Of a DNA stretch of 36,192 nt, positions 15,245 to 25,222 are shown piece after piece; position 1 is the first letter of the stretch; every line of letters begins with the position of its first letter. The DNA is taken from the NCBI GenBank assembly GCA_026395855.1, contig JAPLXX010000046.1:1-36192 (forward strand), in the 5' to 3' direction. This DNA comes from Candidatus Pacearchaeota archaeon (GTDB lineage: Archaea > Nanobdellota > Nanobdellia > Pacearchaeales > GW2011-AR1). Position numbers and translations under genes: made by a program. The notes beneath the pieces are model-generated. The model was given only the letters and a program-made list of their open reading frames with translations, had not been told where the DNA came from and did no database searches.

Positions 15245-16555
15245 ATGGCTTATGACATAATTGTAGGACGGGATGCTGCTGATAAAAAATCCTTTGGGGC
15301 GCGCGGACTTGTTTATATCGGAAAAGGCTATGTAAAAATGGGCCAGTATACTTCTCTAAGCAACAAAATTTTTATGGATATTGCAAGAAGTCATGTTGTT
15401 CTCGTGGCGGGGAAGAGGGGCTCGGGAAAGTCTTATACCCTCGGCGTTATAGCAGAAGAGCTTTCAGCTCTTCCAAAAGAAGCAGGCCAGAATATTGCTT
15501 CAATAATTTTTGACACAATGGGGATTTACTGGACAATGAAATTCAAAAATGAAAAAGACAAAGAGCTTTTGAGAGAATGGGATTTAAAGCAAAAAAATCT
15601 TCCTGTCAAGATTTTCGTTCCTTTCGGATATTATGACGCTTATTTGGAAAAAGGAATTCCTGCAGACGATGTTTTCGCCCTTGATGTTAATGAAATGAAC
15701 CCTGAAGATTGGGTTCTCACATTCGGCTTAGATTTGATAAATCCTATAGCTGTTCTTATACAAAGAGTATTGACAAAGCTGAAAGAAGAAGGAAATTACG
15801 ACCTGAACGATGTTCTTGCAGCTCTTGAAAAAGAGGAAAAGGTTTCTCAGGAAACAAAAAACGCAGCTGTTGGTTTGTTTGAAGCAGCAAATACCTGGGG
15901 AATATTTGCAAAAAAAGGGGAAGAAGCAACAAAAATAGAAAATCTGGTAAATGCCGGAACAACAACTGTCCTTGATTTAAGCGTTTACAACGCTGTTGGA
16001 GTTTTTAACATAAGAGCCCTGGCAATAAGCCTTATTTCAAGAAAAATATTTAATTCAAGAATGGCTTCAAGAAAAGAAGAAGAAACAGATTCTGTTTCAA
16101 AAGGACTTGATTATTTCTCAGGAGAAATGAAAAAAGACAACCCTCTTGTCTGGATATTTATAGATGAAGCTCATGAATTTCTGCCTCTGAACGGAAAAAC
16201 AGCTGCAACAGACGCGCTTATCCAGCTTTTGAGAGAAGGCAGGCAGCCTGGAATTTCTGTTGTTCTTGCAACACAGCAGCCAGGCCAGATACACACAGAT
16301 GTAATGACCCAGTCAGATATAGTAATCTCGCACAGGGTTACATCAAAGCCAGATGTAGAAGCATTGAATTACATAATGCAGTCTTATATTCTTGAAAGCA
16401 TAAAAAAGCAGATGGATGACCTTCCTTCTCTGAAAGGCTCGGCAATTATTCTTGATGATAATTCAGAGAGAATTTATCCTATGCAGATTCACCCACGATT
16501 TACCTGGCATGGCGGTGAAGCTCCGACAGCTATCAGAGCTGAGAAGAAATTGTAA
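15245..16555 (+). CDS. HerA/FtsK-superfamily P-loop ATPase (DUF87/COG0433-like)
   Basis: 436-aa ORF with Walker A AGKRGSGKSY, Walker B WIFIDEAHEF and a LATQQPG segment typical of HerA-like ATPases. No NurA-like neighbour was seen. Confidence 0.7.
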   Translation: MAYDIIVGRDAADKKSFGARGLVYIGKGYVKMGQYTSLSNKIFMDIARSHVVLVAGKRGSGKSYTLGVIAEELSALPKEAGQNIASIIFDTMGIYWTMKFKNEKDKELLREWDLKQKNLPVKIFVPFGYYDAYLEKGIPADDVFALDVNEMNPEDWVLTFGLDLINPIAVLIQRVLTKLKEEGNYDLNDVLAALEKEEKVSQETKNAAVGLFEAANTWGIFAKKGEEATKIENLVNAGTTTVLDLSVYNAVGVFNIRALAISLISRKIFNSRMASRKEEETDSVSKGLDYFSGEMKKDNPLVWIFIDEAHEFLPLNGKTAATDALIQLLREGRQPGISVVLATQQPGQIHTDVMTQSDIVISHRVTSKPDVEALNYIMQSYILESIKKQMDDLPSLKGSAIILDDNSERIYPMQIHPRFTWHGGEAPTAIRAEKKL

Positions 16556-16586
16556 GATTTAAAAAGAACAAAACGACGTTATTTCT

Positions 16587-16799
16587 ATGGAAAGTCAAAA
16601 ACATAGCCCCGGTATTGAAAGAAAGGTAAGACATTCAGGTATAGCAAAAGATGCATTTGCAGCAACAAGGGGATTGCCAACAAGAGAAGAGAGAATAAGA
16701 GAAATTATCAAGACTAAAAGAATGCAGGGAATATTAAACAGAGAATGCAGAGAGTTCTATAACGCCAACTTAAATACCGGTTATAATCCTGCGAGATAA
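16587..16799 (+). CDS. hypothetical small basic protein
   Basis: 70-aa ORF directly downstream of the HerA-like ATPase. Confidence 0.35.
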   Translation: MESQKHSPGIERKVRHSGIAKDAFAATRGLPTREERIREIIKTKRMQGILNRECREFYNANLNTGYNPAR

Positions 16800-16801
16800 A
16801 A

Positions 16802-17647
16802 TTAAAGCACTATAAAATCAACTCTTATTCTGTATCTGTAGGGTGCTATTTCACCTGCTTTTTTAACTTTTATAATTTTAATTTTTTTATTATGCTCTAA
16901 AGCTTCAAACTTGACTTTTCCAACAACACCGGCAATTTCATCTTCTTTGCAAAAATCATAATAAAACACCCTGGTTCCCTTCTTTGACAGCAAAAAAGCT
17001 TCTCTCAAAAAACTATCTTTAAGCTGGGGCCTAGGCATGACAATAACATCAAATTTGTGAGGAATATTTTTATCTCCAATAACCAATCCCTTATTAACTT
17101 TTAAAGCAATTCTTTTAATATCTCCATTTAATAAAATTAATTTCCCTTTAACCTTATTCAGCCCTATATTCATCTCAGCGTATTTATTAGCTTCTTTATT
17201 TATTTCATTAGAATAAACCTTTCTTGCTCCAGAGTTCTTGGCTATAACAATTGAATAAGGCGCAACACCGGCAAACATTACTAAAACTTCATCTCCTTTT
17301 TTTATTATTCCGGCAATTTCTTTTCTTTCATTGCTCAATCTGGAAGAAAAATAAGCGTTATCAATATTAAATCTAAAAACGCAGTTATTTTCCCTGTAAA
17401 CAGCCTCTTTTGTTTTAATCCCTGCAAGATATTTTGTTTCCTGCTTTCTAAGCCGACCCTTGAATTTTCCTGTTTTTTCAAGTATAGTTGTTATTGACTT
17501 ATTAGTCTTAAGAATTTTATTTGCAAATTTCTTTTTATCTCCTACTTTAGCTCCTCGGCTAAATTTAACAAGAGCTATGTTTCCCAGAATGTCAAAAGCG
17601 CCGGATGCATTTTTTTTATTTTTTAATTCATTTTTTGGCATAAACAT
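16802..17647 (-). CDS. trm5: Trm5/Taw2-family (Met-10+ like) tRNA methyltransferase
   Basis: 281-aa ORF with an AdoMet-binding segment VLVMFAGVAPYSIVIAK and the catalytic-loop-like FDVIVMPRP. Confidence 0.75.
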   Translation of the reverse strand: MFMPKNELKNKKNASGAFDILGNIALVKFSRGAKVGDKKKFANKILKTNKSITTILEKTGKFKGRLRKQETKYLAGIKTKEAVYRENNCVFRFNIDNAYFSSRLSNERKEIAGIIKKGDEVLVMFAGVAPYSIVIAKNSGARKVYSNEINKEANKYAEMNIGLNKVKGKLILLNGDIKRIALKVNKGLVIGDKNIPHKFDVIVMPRPQLKDSFLREAFLLSKKGTRVFYYDFCKEDEIAGVVGKVKFEALEHNKKIKIIKVKKAGEIAPYRYRIRVDFIVL

Positions 17648-17783
17648 CTAAAGAGTTGTTATAATTTAAAGCTTATGTGCAGATTAAATTTAATTAACCC
17701 GCGATTAAACAGGCTTTTACTGATTTTATAATAAATCAAATCAGAACATTAAACTTTATAAATATTAAATTTCTATTATCAAA

Positions 17784-18011
17784 ATGAGTGTAGGAACATG
17801 GTTTAGGGTGATTTTGGGAATTATTGGATTATTCTTAATTGCGCTTCCTTTTTTGCCGTTTGATCTGCTTCCGGCAAATAAAATTCTTGGCTTCTTAAGC
17901 AATAATGCTCTTTCAGTTATAATCGGCGCTTTGCTTGTAATTCTTACTTTCTGGCTCTGGAGAATAGCTGTAAGAAGAAGAATGATGCTCTACGGCCCTC
18001 TTTACAAATAA
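17784..18011 (+). CDS. small membrane protein
   Basis: 75-aa ORF with two hydrophobic helices. Confidence 0.4.
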   Translation: MSVGTWFRVILGIIGLFLIALPFLPFDLLPANKILGFLSNNALSVIIGALLVILTFWLWRIAVRRRMMLYGPLYK

Positions 18012-18070
18012 AGAATTTATCTAATTTTTATAGTAATAATATTTATAAGACAAAGAATATTGTAATAAAG

Positions 18071-18850
18071 ATGGAAAAAAGAGGCGCTTTAGTTATCCTA
18101 AGCTTGTTTCTGATAAATTTTGTCAGCGCCCAGTTTGGATACGGAAGCTTTTCTATTACAGACATTTTTGACAGCTTCGGTCCTGAAAATATAATTTTAA
18201 TGGCGGTTTTTCTGGTTCTTTTTGCTGTTATTTTCTATGCAACATCAAGAGTATTCAAAGATTCCTACGGACAGCCGAACAGGGCAATAGCAGGAGTAAT
18301 CTCTTTTGCATTGTCTGTATTGGCGACTTATGGAATATACAGGTCTGGATTTGATATTTCAGGATTATTTTATGGATTTGGAATTTCCGGAGATCTTCTT
18401 TACACTTCTATATTTGTAATATTTGTGATAATTATGATACTTATTATATGGAAACTAGGGGTTGGCGGATTTTTTACGATTTTCGGTTTATTTTTGCTTT
18501 TGTTAATTTTCTTCACAGATATAATTTACGAGGAGACGATTGTAGGCATAGTGGGGGGTATTCTTCTTCTGATAGGATTATTCCTGCTTTTAAGAAGACA
18601 TTCGGGAGTTGGAAGAGCAATTATGAGTAATAGACCAAAGTATGATTTGCAAAGAGAAAGAAGACAAGCATCATCAGGATGGCTTTGGATTTTATTGGGA
18701 ATTTTAGTAATAATTTTGGGTGTTGCGCTCGGAAATGTGATTATTATAATTCTGGGTGCTCTTTTAGCTTTAATACTTGTGTGGAGGAAATTCAGAAGAC
18801 CCGGAGCAGCTCCAGGAGAACAATTTCCCGGACAGTACGGTTATAGATAG
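18071..18850 (+). CDS. polytopic membrane protein
   Basis: 259-aa ORF with a signal-like N-terminus, at least 6 hydrophobic helices and a Pro/Gly-rich C-terminal tail. Confidence 0.5.
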   Translation: MEKRGALVILSLFLINFVSAQFGYGSFSITDIFDSFGPENIILMAVFLVLFAVIFYATSRVFKDSYGQPNRAIAGVISFALSVLATYGIYRSGFDISGLFYGFGISGDLLYTSIFVIFVIIMILIIWKLGVGGFFTIFGLFLLLLIFFTDIIYEETIVGIVGGILLLIGLFLLLRRHSGVGRAIMSNRPKYDLQRERRQASSGWLWILLGILVIILGVALGNVIIIILGALLALILVWRKFRRPGAAPGEQFPGQYGYR

Positions 18851-18856
18851 TTATTT

Positions 18857-19894
18857 CTAAATCCATTCATTTAATCCTTTCTGCTTTTTCTGTTCTTTAA
18901 CTTCCCTAAGCTTTTCCAGCTGCTTTTCAACCCGTTCATCTGAGAAATTATGCTTTTCAACAAGAATCTCCTTTATTTTTTTCTCGTCAACTTTTCCAAA
19001 TCTAAAGTTAGCATTGACAATTTTCGGCTTGTGAAACATTTCAAAAATTTCCTGCCAGTCAAATCTGTCTTCTTCAGGCATGCCCATCATTTGCTCTTCA
19101 ACACTTTTGAAAATTAAAACCGGCTGCTTGTATTTTTTGACAAGCTCAAGGGCCTTTTTCTGCCCTATTCGTGGAATACCTCTCGGATTGTAATCTGTTC
19201 CCACAAGAATACCAAGACAAATAAGCTGGTCAAGATCTATTTCAAGCATATTCAGAACACGATGCAGTTCTATTAATTCTGGTTTTATTTCAATCCAGCC
19301 AGAGATTGTTTTTCTTTTTCTTGCTAATCCTAAATTTCTAATTAATCTTGTTGCCCCAAAAAGTAAGCTGTCATAATCCTGGCTAACAACCCCAAAGCTT
19401 GGATTTACTCTGTTCAAAAAAGCAGCTTCTGCCTCGCCTTCTCCAGGTGCCTGCACAACACCAATCCCCATTGCATCAAGAAGCTCTTTGCTTTCTTGTA
19501 TCATCTCATCATTTAACCTTATCAGCTGAGAACCATATCTTCTCATTGCGTCAATATTTTCTTCCTGCTTTGCTTCTTCATATCTTTCCTTTGCAAGCTC
19601 TCTCCCTTCTTCTCTTATATGATGAGTTCCTGCTTTTTGTTTCGGCGGCTCTCCGTCAAAAACATAAACAAGCTTTATTCCCTCTGAAAGAAGATTGACA
19701 TTTCTGTAAAAAATCCCTGAAAGGTGGCTTGTTACTCTTTTCTTATTGTCCATCAAAGGTGTTCCGTCTGGCTGCCTTATTGTTGAAAGAAACTGATAAA
19801 GCATGTTGAAAGCATCTACAAAAACCAGTTCGTTTTTCAGCTCAGATATTTCAATATCTTTTCTCGGAATTATATCCTTAATATTTAGTCCCAT
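18857..19894 (-). CDS. fen: flap endonuclease 1
   Basis: 345-aa ORF with XPG-N/XPG-I motifs (FVDAFNMLYQF, VYVFDGEPP, GEGEAEAA) and a canonical C-terminal PIP box QKGLNEWI. Confidence 0.92.
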   Translation of the reverse strand: MGLNIKDIIPRKDIEISELKNELVFVDAFNMLYQFLSTIRQPDGTPLMDNKKRVTSHLSGIFYRNVNLLSEGIKLVYVFDGEPPKQKAGTHHIREEGRELAKERYEEAKQEENIDAMRRYGSQLIRLNDEMIQESKELLDAMGIGVVQAPGEGEAEAAFLNRVNPSFGVVSQDYDSLLFGATRLIRNLGLARKRKTISGWIEIKPELIELHRVLNMLEIDLDQLICLGILVGTDYNPRGIPRIGQKKALELVKKYKQPVLIFKSVEEQMMGMPEEDRFDWQEIFEMFHKPKIVNANFRFGKVDEKKIKEILVEKHNFSDERVEKQLEKLREVKEQKKQKGLNEWI

Positions 19895-19944
19895 TCTATT
19901 AGAAATTAAAGTCGAAATTAATATAAATAATTATCTAAAACAGA

Positions 19945-20361
19945 CTACCTTACTTCAGTTCCTTCAGTTAATGCACGATATTGAGCTTGCATTCGCCCCC
20001 TAATTCCCTTAAGTTCCGTATATAATCTCTTAGATGAAAGCTTTTTATATCCTTTGGGGATTTGAACACCTGCAGCAATAACAGCTTCAACAACTTGTAG
20101 TAATTCTTCCTTTGTAATATACTCAAACGTATTATCAAAAAACTGGGTTCTTCCCAATGCTTTTTCTAATATGCTGGGAGTTAATTTTTTTGCAAAATCA
20201 GAATCAATTTTGAAATGAACATAATCTCTTTTTCCTATTCTCTTTTTTCTTTTTATAGGAAGAAAATGCTCTGCGTATCTCCTCTCAATCTCTAAACTAT
20301 AAAGTTGATCATCATCAAAATCTGCATCTGTTTGCCCAGTACGTTCTTCTAAATTTTCCAT
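19945..20361 (-). CDS. hypothetical protein
   Basis: 138-aa ORF, divergent from polB, with no recognised motif. Confidence 0.45.
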   Translation of the reverse strand: MENLEERTGQTDADFDDDQLYSLEIERRYAEHFLPIKRKKRIGKRDYVHFKIDSDFAKKLTPSILEKALGRTQFFDNTFEYITKEELLQVVEAVIAAGVQIPKGYKKLSSKRLYTELKGIRGRMQAQYRALTEGTEVR

Positions 20362-20444
20362 ATTGTCACCACTTCTAAAGAGTATTTAAATCTTATTATT
20401 TGCTTCTTCTTAACCTTTAAATAAGTGTTGAACTTTTAATTTTT

Positions 20445-22916
20445 ATGGAAACAGATTTTATCCCTGTAGACTATGATTACTTTGATTTTGAAGACAGAAA
20501 CTACATAAAGATATTCGGAAGAAACTCGCAGGGAAAAAGAGTCTGCATTATTGATTCCTGCCCAATATATCTCTGGGCGATTATCAAAGAAGGCGTAAAT
20601 TCTGAAAAAATAAACAAGCTGATTAAGAAAATAAGAGAAATTGAGTTGGATTTGAAAGGCAGAAAAACAAAAGTTGAGGATGTTGAGCTTCATGACAAGA
20701 ATTTCATGGGCAAAAAAGTAAAAGCTTTGAAAATATTTGCAACAAATTACAAAGATTTGCACGATGTTGCAGACAGGCTGGATTTTCCAGAGATTCAGAA
20801 CAGGAGGGGCTATGATCTGGGATTTGTTACTCATTATATAATTGAAAAAAAGATAAATCCACTCAGCTGGTATAAAGTCTACGGAGAAGTTTTGAACAAT
20901 TCTCTGGAATTTGGCGGAGTTGACTCTGCTCTTGATGTTGACTTTTGCATAAAACTTGAAAAAGCAGAGAAAATCCCTGAAAAAGAGTTCAAGCCAAGAG
21001 TTCTTACTTATGATATTGAAACAGATGATCTTAAGCTCGGAGAAGGTGAGATTTTGATGATTTCGCTTGTCTCAGATAATTTCAAAAAAGTTATTACATG
21101 GAAAAAAACAAAGAAAAACAAGCCGGATTATGTGGAATATGTGAAAGACGAGGCAGATTTGATAGAAAAATTTGTAGAATATGTAAAAAAGCTCTCTCCT
21201 GATTTTCTTGTTGGATATTTCTCAGATGGTTTTGACATGCCCTATATAAAAGCTCGTGCTGAAAAATTTAATGTAAAGCTTGCTCTTAACCTTGATAGCA
21301 CTCAGCCGAGATTTTCCAGAGGAATTGAACTTTCTGCAAAAACAAAAGGCATTGTTCATATAGATCTCTTAAAATTCATAAGGGTTACTTATGCCCAGTA
21401 TATGCAGTCAGAAACTCTTTCTCTCAATGAAGTGGCAAAGGAATTTCTCGGAGATTCTAAAAGAGATTTTAAAATACAGCATTCTTCAAAACTAACAGAC
21501 AAAGATTGGGAAGATTATTATGAATATAATCTGCAGGATTCTGTTCTTGCATTTGGCCTTTTTGAAAAATTCTGGCCAGACCTGCTTGAATTCGCAAGAG
21601 TTATTCATGAGCCAATGCATGAAATATCCAGAAACGGTTTGGCAAAGCAGGTAGAAGGCTATATTCTGCACAATCTCGACAGGTTTAATGAAATTCCTGA
21701 AAAAAGACCGACTTACGATGAAATAGGAGAAAGGAGGCACAGAGAAAAGGTAGAAGGCGCGTTTGTTCTTGAACCAAAACCCGGACTTTATGAAAATATT
21801 GCAATGTTTGATTTTACATCAATGCACACCTCAATAATTATATCCATGAATATCTCAAAATCAACTCTTCTTGAGAAAAAAGAAAAAGATTCATATGAAA
21901 GTCCTGAGCTTGATTTTCAGGGGAAGAAAACCAGATTTTATTTTTCAAAAACCCCAGGATTTCTTCCTACTCTTCTGAAGGAAATTCTTGAAAAAAGAAA
22001 AAGATACAAGGAAGAATACAAAAAAGATCCGAACAGGATAACTTTGGCAAGAAGCAATGCTTTCAAACTTCTGTCGGCTTCTGTTCATGGTTATATAGGA
22101 TTTTTTGGTGCCAGATATCATTCTCTTGAATCTTCTGCATCTATTCTGGGTTTTGTCAGAAAATTCAACAAGGAAATTATAGAAAAAGTGAAAAAGGCAG
22201 GCCATCAGGTTATTTACGGAGATACAGACAGCATAGCTTTTCTCGTCGGAAAAAACAGCAAGGATGAAATAAAATCTCTCTTAAAAAAGCTCAATTCAGA
22301 GCTTCCCGGTGTAATGGAACTCGGACTTGAGGGATTTTTCAAAAGAGGTATCTGGGTTACAACAAGAGCAGGAACTTTCGGCGCAAAAAAGAAATACGCT
22401 CTTCTCGGAGAAGATGATAAACTAAAAATCAGGGGATTTGAAACAGTAAGAAGAGACTGGTGTCGCCTTGCAAGGCGTTTGCAGAACAACGTTATTAAAA
22501 TGATTCTTGAGGATGGAAATGAAAAGCAGGCATTGAAATATGTAAAAGAAATAATAAAAAAAATAAAAGAAAGAAAAGTTGGCAAAGAAGAGCTTATCAT
22601 AAGAACTATGCTTTCAAAGCCAATTTCAGAATACAAAGCAATTTCTCCTCATGTAATTGCGGCAAGAAAAATGGAAGAAAGAGAAATTCCAATAAGCGGA
22701 GGGCATCTGATTGAATATTTTATTGCAGAAACAAGGGAGAAAAAGAAACTTGTAAGGGAAAAAGTAAAGCTTCCTGATGAAAAAGGAGAGTACAATATAG
22801 AATATTATTTAAAAAAGCAAATCCTTCCTGCTATTGAGAATATTTTCCAGATTTTTAATATAAATGTGCATGAAATCATTGATGGGAGAAAGCAAACCAA
22901 ACTAGGAGATTTCTAA
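20445..22916 (+). CDS. polB: family B DNA polymerase
   Basis: 823-aa ORF with Exo I LTYDIETD, pol motif A DFTSMHTSII, KKKYA and motif C YGDTDS. The C-terminal QTKLGDF is PIP-like. No intein is apparent. Confidence 0.93.
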   Translation: METDFIPVDYDYFDFEDRNYIKIFGRNSQGKRVCIIDSCPIYLWAIIKEGVNSEKINKLIKKIREIELDLKGRKTKVEDVELHDKNFMGKKVKALKIFATNYKDLHDVADRLDFPEIQNRRGYDLGFVTHYIIEKKINPLSWYKVYGEVLNNSLEFGGVDSALDVDFCIKLEKAEKIPEKEFKPRVLTYDIETDDLKLGEGEILMISLVSDNFKKVITWKKTKKNKPDYVEYVKDEADLIEKFVEYVKKLSPDFLVGYFSDGFDMPYIKARAEKFNVKLALNLDSTQPRFSRGIELSAKTKGIVHIDLLKFIRVTYAQYMQSETLSLNEVAKEFLGDSKRDFKIQHSSKLTDKDWEDYYEYNLQDSVLAFGLFEKFWPDLLEFARVIHEPMHEISRNGLAKQVEGYILHNLDRFNEIPEKRPTYDEIGERRHREKVEGAFVLEPKPGLYENIAMFDFTSMHTSIIISMNISKSTLLEKKEKDSYESPELDFQGKKTRFYFSKTPGFLPTLLKEILEKRKRYKEEYKKDPNRITLARSNAFKLLSASVHGYIGFFGARYHSLESSASILGFVRKFNKEIIEKVKKAGHQVIYGDTDSIAFLVGKNSKDEIKSLLKKLNSELPGVMELGLEGFFKRGIWVTTRAGTFGAKKKYALLGEDDKLKIRGFETVRRDWCRLARRLQNNVIKMILEDGNEKQALKYVKEIIKKIKERKVGKEELIIRTMLSKPISEYKAISPHVIAARKMEEREIPISGGHLIEYFIAETREKKKLVREKVKLPDEKGEYNIEYYLKKQILPAIENIFQIFNINVHEIIDGRKQTKLGDF

Positions 22917-22920
22917 AATA

Positions 22921-23886
22921 ATGAGAACCAGACACAATTATGAGCCAAAACCGCTTTTTCTTGAAAGAATGCAAAAGCTGATGGGAAAAGAAATGAACGC
23001 ATATCTTGAAATCCTGAAAAAGCATCCTGTGAATTCCATTAGATGCAATACTCTAAAAATTTCTCCTGAAAAATTGAAAAAAAGACTTGAAGAAAAACCA
23101 TGGAGCATAGAACAGCCTTTCAAAGAAGCTCCAGAAATAATGATTATTAAAAACGAGCTTCTTCCCGGCGAGCTTGGAAGAAGCCTTGAGCACCTTCTTG
23201 GATATTATTATGTTCAGGAAATTGCAAGCATGCTGCCGGTTCTTGCTTTAAAGCCAAAACCCAACGAGCTTATTTTAGATATTGCAGCTGCTCCGGGAAG
23301 CAAAACAACACAGATTGCAGCAGAGATGAATAACACGGGAACAATAATTGCAAACGACGTTAATCTTAAGCGATTAAAAATTCTCGCTTCAAATGCTGAA
23401 AGATGTGGTGTCTTAAATGCTATACTTACAAAAAGAGATGGCATAGTTCTTTGCCAGAGATTAAAAGAAAATAATTTTCTCTTTGATAAAATTCTGGTTG
23501 ATGCACCATGCTCTGGAGAAGGAACAATAAGAAGCTCGCCTGCAACATATCAAATGTGGAACCCCAACACAATAAAAGTTCTTTCACGGCTTCAAAAAAG
23601 CCTTTTAGCTTCTGCTATAGAAATCCTGAAGCCAGAAGGAGAACTTGTTTACAGCACATGCACTCATGCTCCAGAGGAAAACGAAGAAGTTGTGGATTTT
23701 GCATTAAATAAGTTTAAAGATAAAATTAAAGTTGAAAAAATTAATCTTCCAGTTAAGTGTAGGTCAGGAATAATCAGCTGGGAAGATAAAAATTATGATA
23801 AGGAGGTAAAACTCTCCTGCAGGATTTACCCTCAAGACAATAATACAGAGGGATTCTTTATAGCTAAAATCAAGAGAATAAAATGA
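22921..23886 (+). CDS. NOL1/NOP2/Sun-family RNA cytosine-C5 methyltransferase
   Basis: 321-aa ORF with the AdoMet motif DIAAAPGSKT and catalytic Cys motifs VDAPCSGEG and VYSTCT. Confidence 0.88.
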   Translation: MRTRHNYEPKPLFLERMQKLMGKEMNAYLEILKKHPVNSIRCNTLKISPEKLKKRLEEKPWSIEQPFKEAPEIMIIKNELLPGELGRSLEHLLGYYYVQEIASMLPVLALKPKPNELILDIAAAPGSKTTQIAAEMNNTGTIIANDVNLKRLKILASNAERCGVLNAILTKRDGIVLCQRLKENNFLFDKILVDAPCSGEGTIRSSPATYQMWNPNTIKVLSRLQKSLLASAIEILKPEGELVYSTCTHAPEENEEVVDFALNKFKDKIKVEKINLPVKCRSGIISWEDKNYDKEVKLSCRIYPQDNNTEGFFIAKIKRIK

Positions 23887-24353
23887 CCTTCCTAAAAATT
23901 CTAAATAAAACAGAAAAAGCAGAAGTTGAAAAACAGCTTAACGAACAGTTTGGAATAAAAACAGTTCCAGGAACTATTGTCAGAAGGGGCGAGGAAAGGC
24001 TTTTCCTATTCTCTGGAAGCTTGAATGAAAAAGAAATTTCGCAGCTTGAAAAATGCGCTTTTATAGAGCGAATGGGTGTTTACTTCGCAAAGATTTTTGA
24101 CGGAAAAATAAGATTAAGCATAGAGGGCTCTCAAATTCTTAAAGAACAAATAACAAAGAATATTTTTGAGCTTGATGACAAGTTAGCAGAAGAATGGATG
24201 AAAGGAAGAGAGCTTGGAATTAAAACAGGAAAACATGATTTTCTTATTATGAAGCATGGTGAAGATTTTTTAGGAACAGGCAAAGCTTCTGAAGAAAAAA
24301 TAGGAAATTTTATACCAAAGAATCGAAGACTTAAAGAGAGAAACTCGTTCTAG
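23883..24353 (+). CDS. putative PUA/NIP7-like RNA-binding protein
   Basis: 156-aa ORF overlapping the methyltransferase stop (ATGA). The C-terminal segment HDFLIMKHGEDFLGTGKASEEKIGNFIPKNRRL resembles a PUA-type fold from memory. This assignment is tentative. Confidence 0.4.
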   Translation: MTFLKILNKTEKAEVEKQLNEQFGIKTVPGTIVRRGEERLFLFSGSLNEKEISQLEKCAFIERMGVYFAKIFDGKIRLSIEGSQILKEQITKNIFELDDKLAEEWMKGRELGIKTGKHDFLIMKHGEDFLGTGKASEEKIGNFIPKNRRLKERNSF

Positions 24354-24418
24354 CGATGCCGAGTTAAGGAACGTCAGCAATAAATTAAATTTATAAATCC
24401 CCTTAATTTACTTCTAGT

Positions 24419-25162
24419 ATGAAACTTACCAAATCTGTTCAGATAACGCTTATAATCGTTGCAGGAATTATTATATTTGGGTTAATCGGTTTCGCAGCAA
24501 TTAAAACACTAAATCCTTCTTATGAGAACACTATAAGTGTTGCAGGAACTTCAACTATAGAAGTAATGCCTGATTTGATAGGAATTTATTTCAATGTAGA
24601 TACCCAAGGAGCAACTAGCAAGGAAGCCAGTGATAAAAATTCAGAGATTGTCAAAGTCTTAATTGATTCCCTTATCAGCAGAGGATTTGCAAGAGCAGAT
24701 ATCCAGACTCAAAGTTTTAATGTTTATCCGGAATATAACTGGAATTCAGGAACCCAGAAGCTAATTGGATACAAAGCAAGCCATTCATTAAAAATAGAGC
24801 TTTCTGCCAACCAGTCAGAAGAAATCGGAGATGTTATTGATTCAGGAATAAATGCCGGCGCAGGTGTCGGATATATTAATTTTGAATTAAGCCAGGAAAA
24901 TCAAAACAAATACAAGGCAGAAGCAATGAAACTTGCTGCACAGGATGCACGTTCTAAAGCAGAAGGAATTGCAGAAGGACTTGACAAAAAACTGGGAAAA
25001 TTTGTTTCTGTTTCAACAGATAATTATAATTATTATCCATGGCTTGCAAGGGATTTCGGAGGAGCAACAGCTTCAGCAGAGATGAAAGACGAAGCAACAA
25101 GCATTACGCCAAGCGAACAGGAAATTTCTGCCAGTGTTACAGCTGTCTACAGAATAAGATGA
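24419..25162 (+). CDS. SIMPL/DUF541-domain protein with N-terminal membrane anchor
   Basis: 247-aa ORF. It has an N-terminal TM helix followed by the family-like opening ISVAGTSTIEVMPD and the overall length and composition typical of SIMPL proteins. Confidence 0.65.
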   Translation: MKLTKSVQITLIIVAGIIIFGLIGFAAIKTLNPSYENTISVAGTSTIEVMPDLIGIYFNVDTQGATSKEASDKNSEIVKVLIDSLISRGFARADIQTQSFNVYPEYNWNSGTQKLIGYKASHSLKIELSANQSEEIGDVIDSGINAGAGVGYINFELSQENQNKYKAEAMKLAAQDARSKAEGIAEGLDKKLGKFVSVSTDNYNYYPWLARDFGGATASAEMKDEATSITPSEQEISASVTAVYRIR

Positions 25163-25222
25163 TTCTCTGTTTAAATGTTTAAAAAACTATAATTTTAAAA
25201 ATATATACAATTTTAATATAGG

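Noticed and set aside
17720-17744. Hairpin CTGATTT-N11-AAATCAG, whose arms match the stem of leader-repeat copy C.
   Set aside because: Only a 7-bp AT-rich inverted repeat with no core sequence. It could be a core-less relative, but it is too short to separate from chance.
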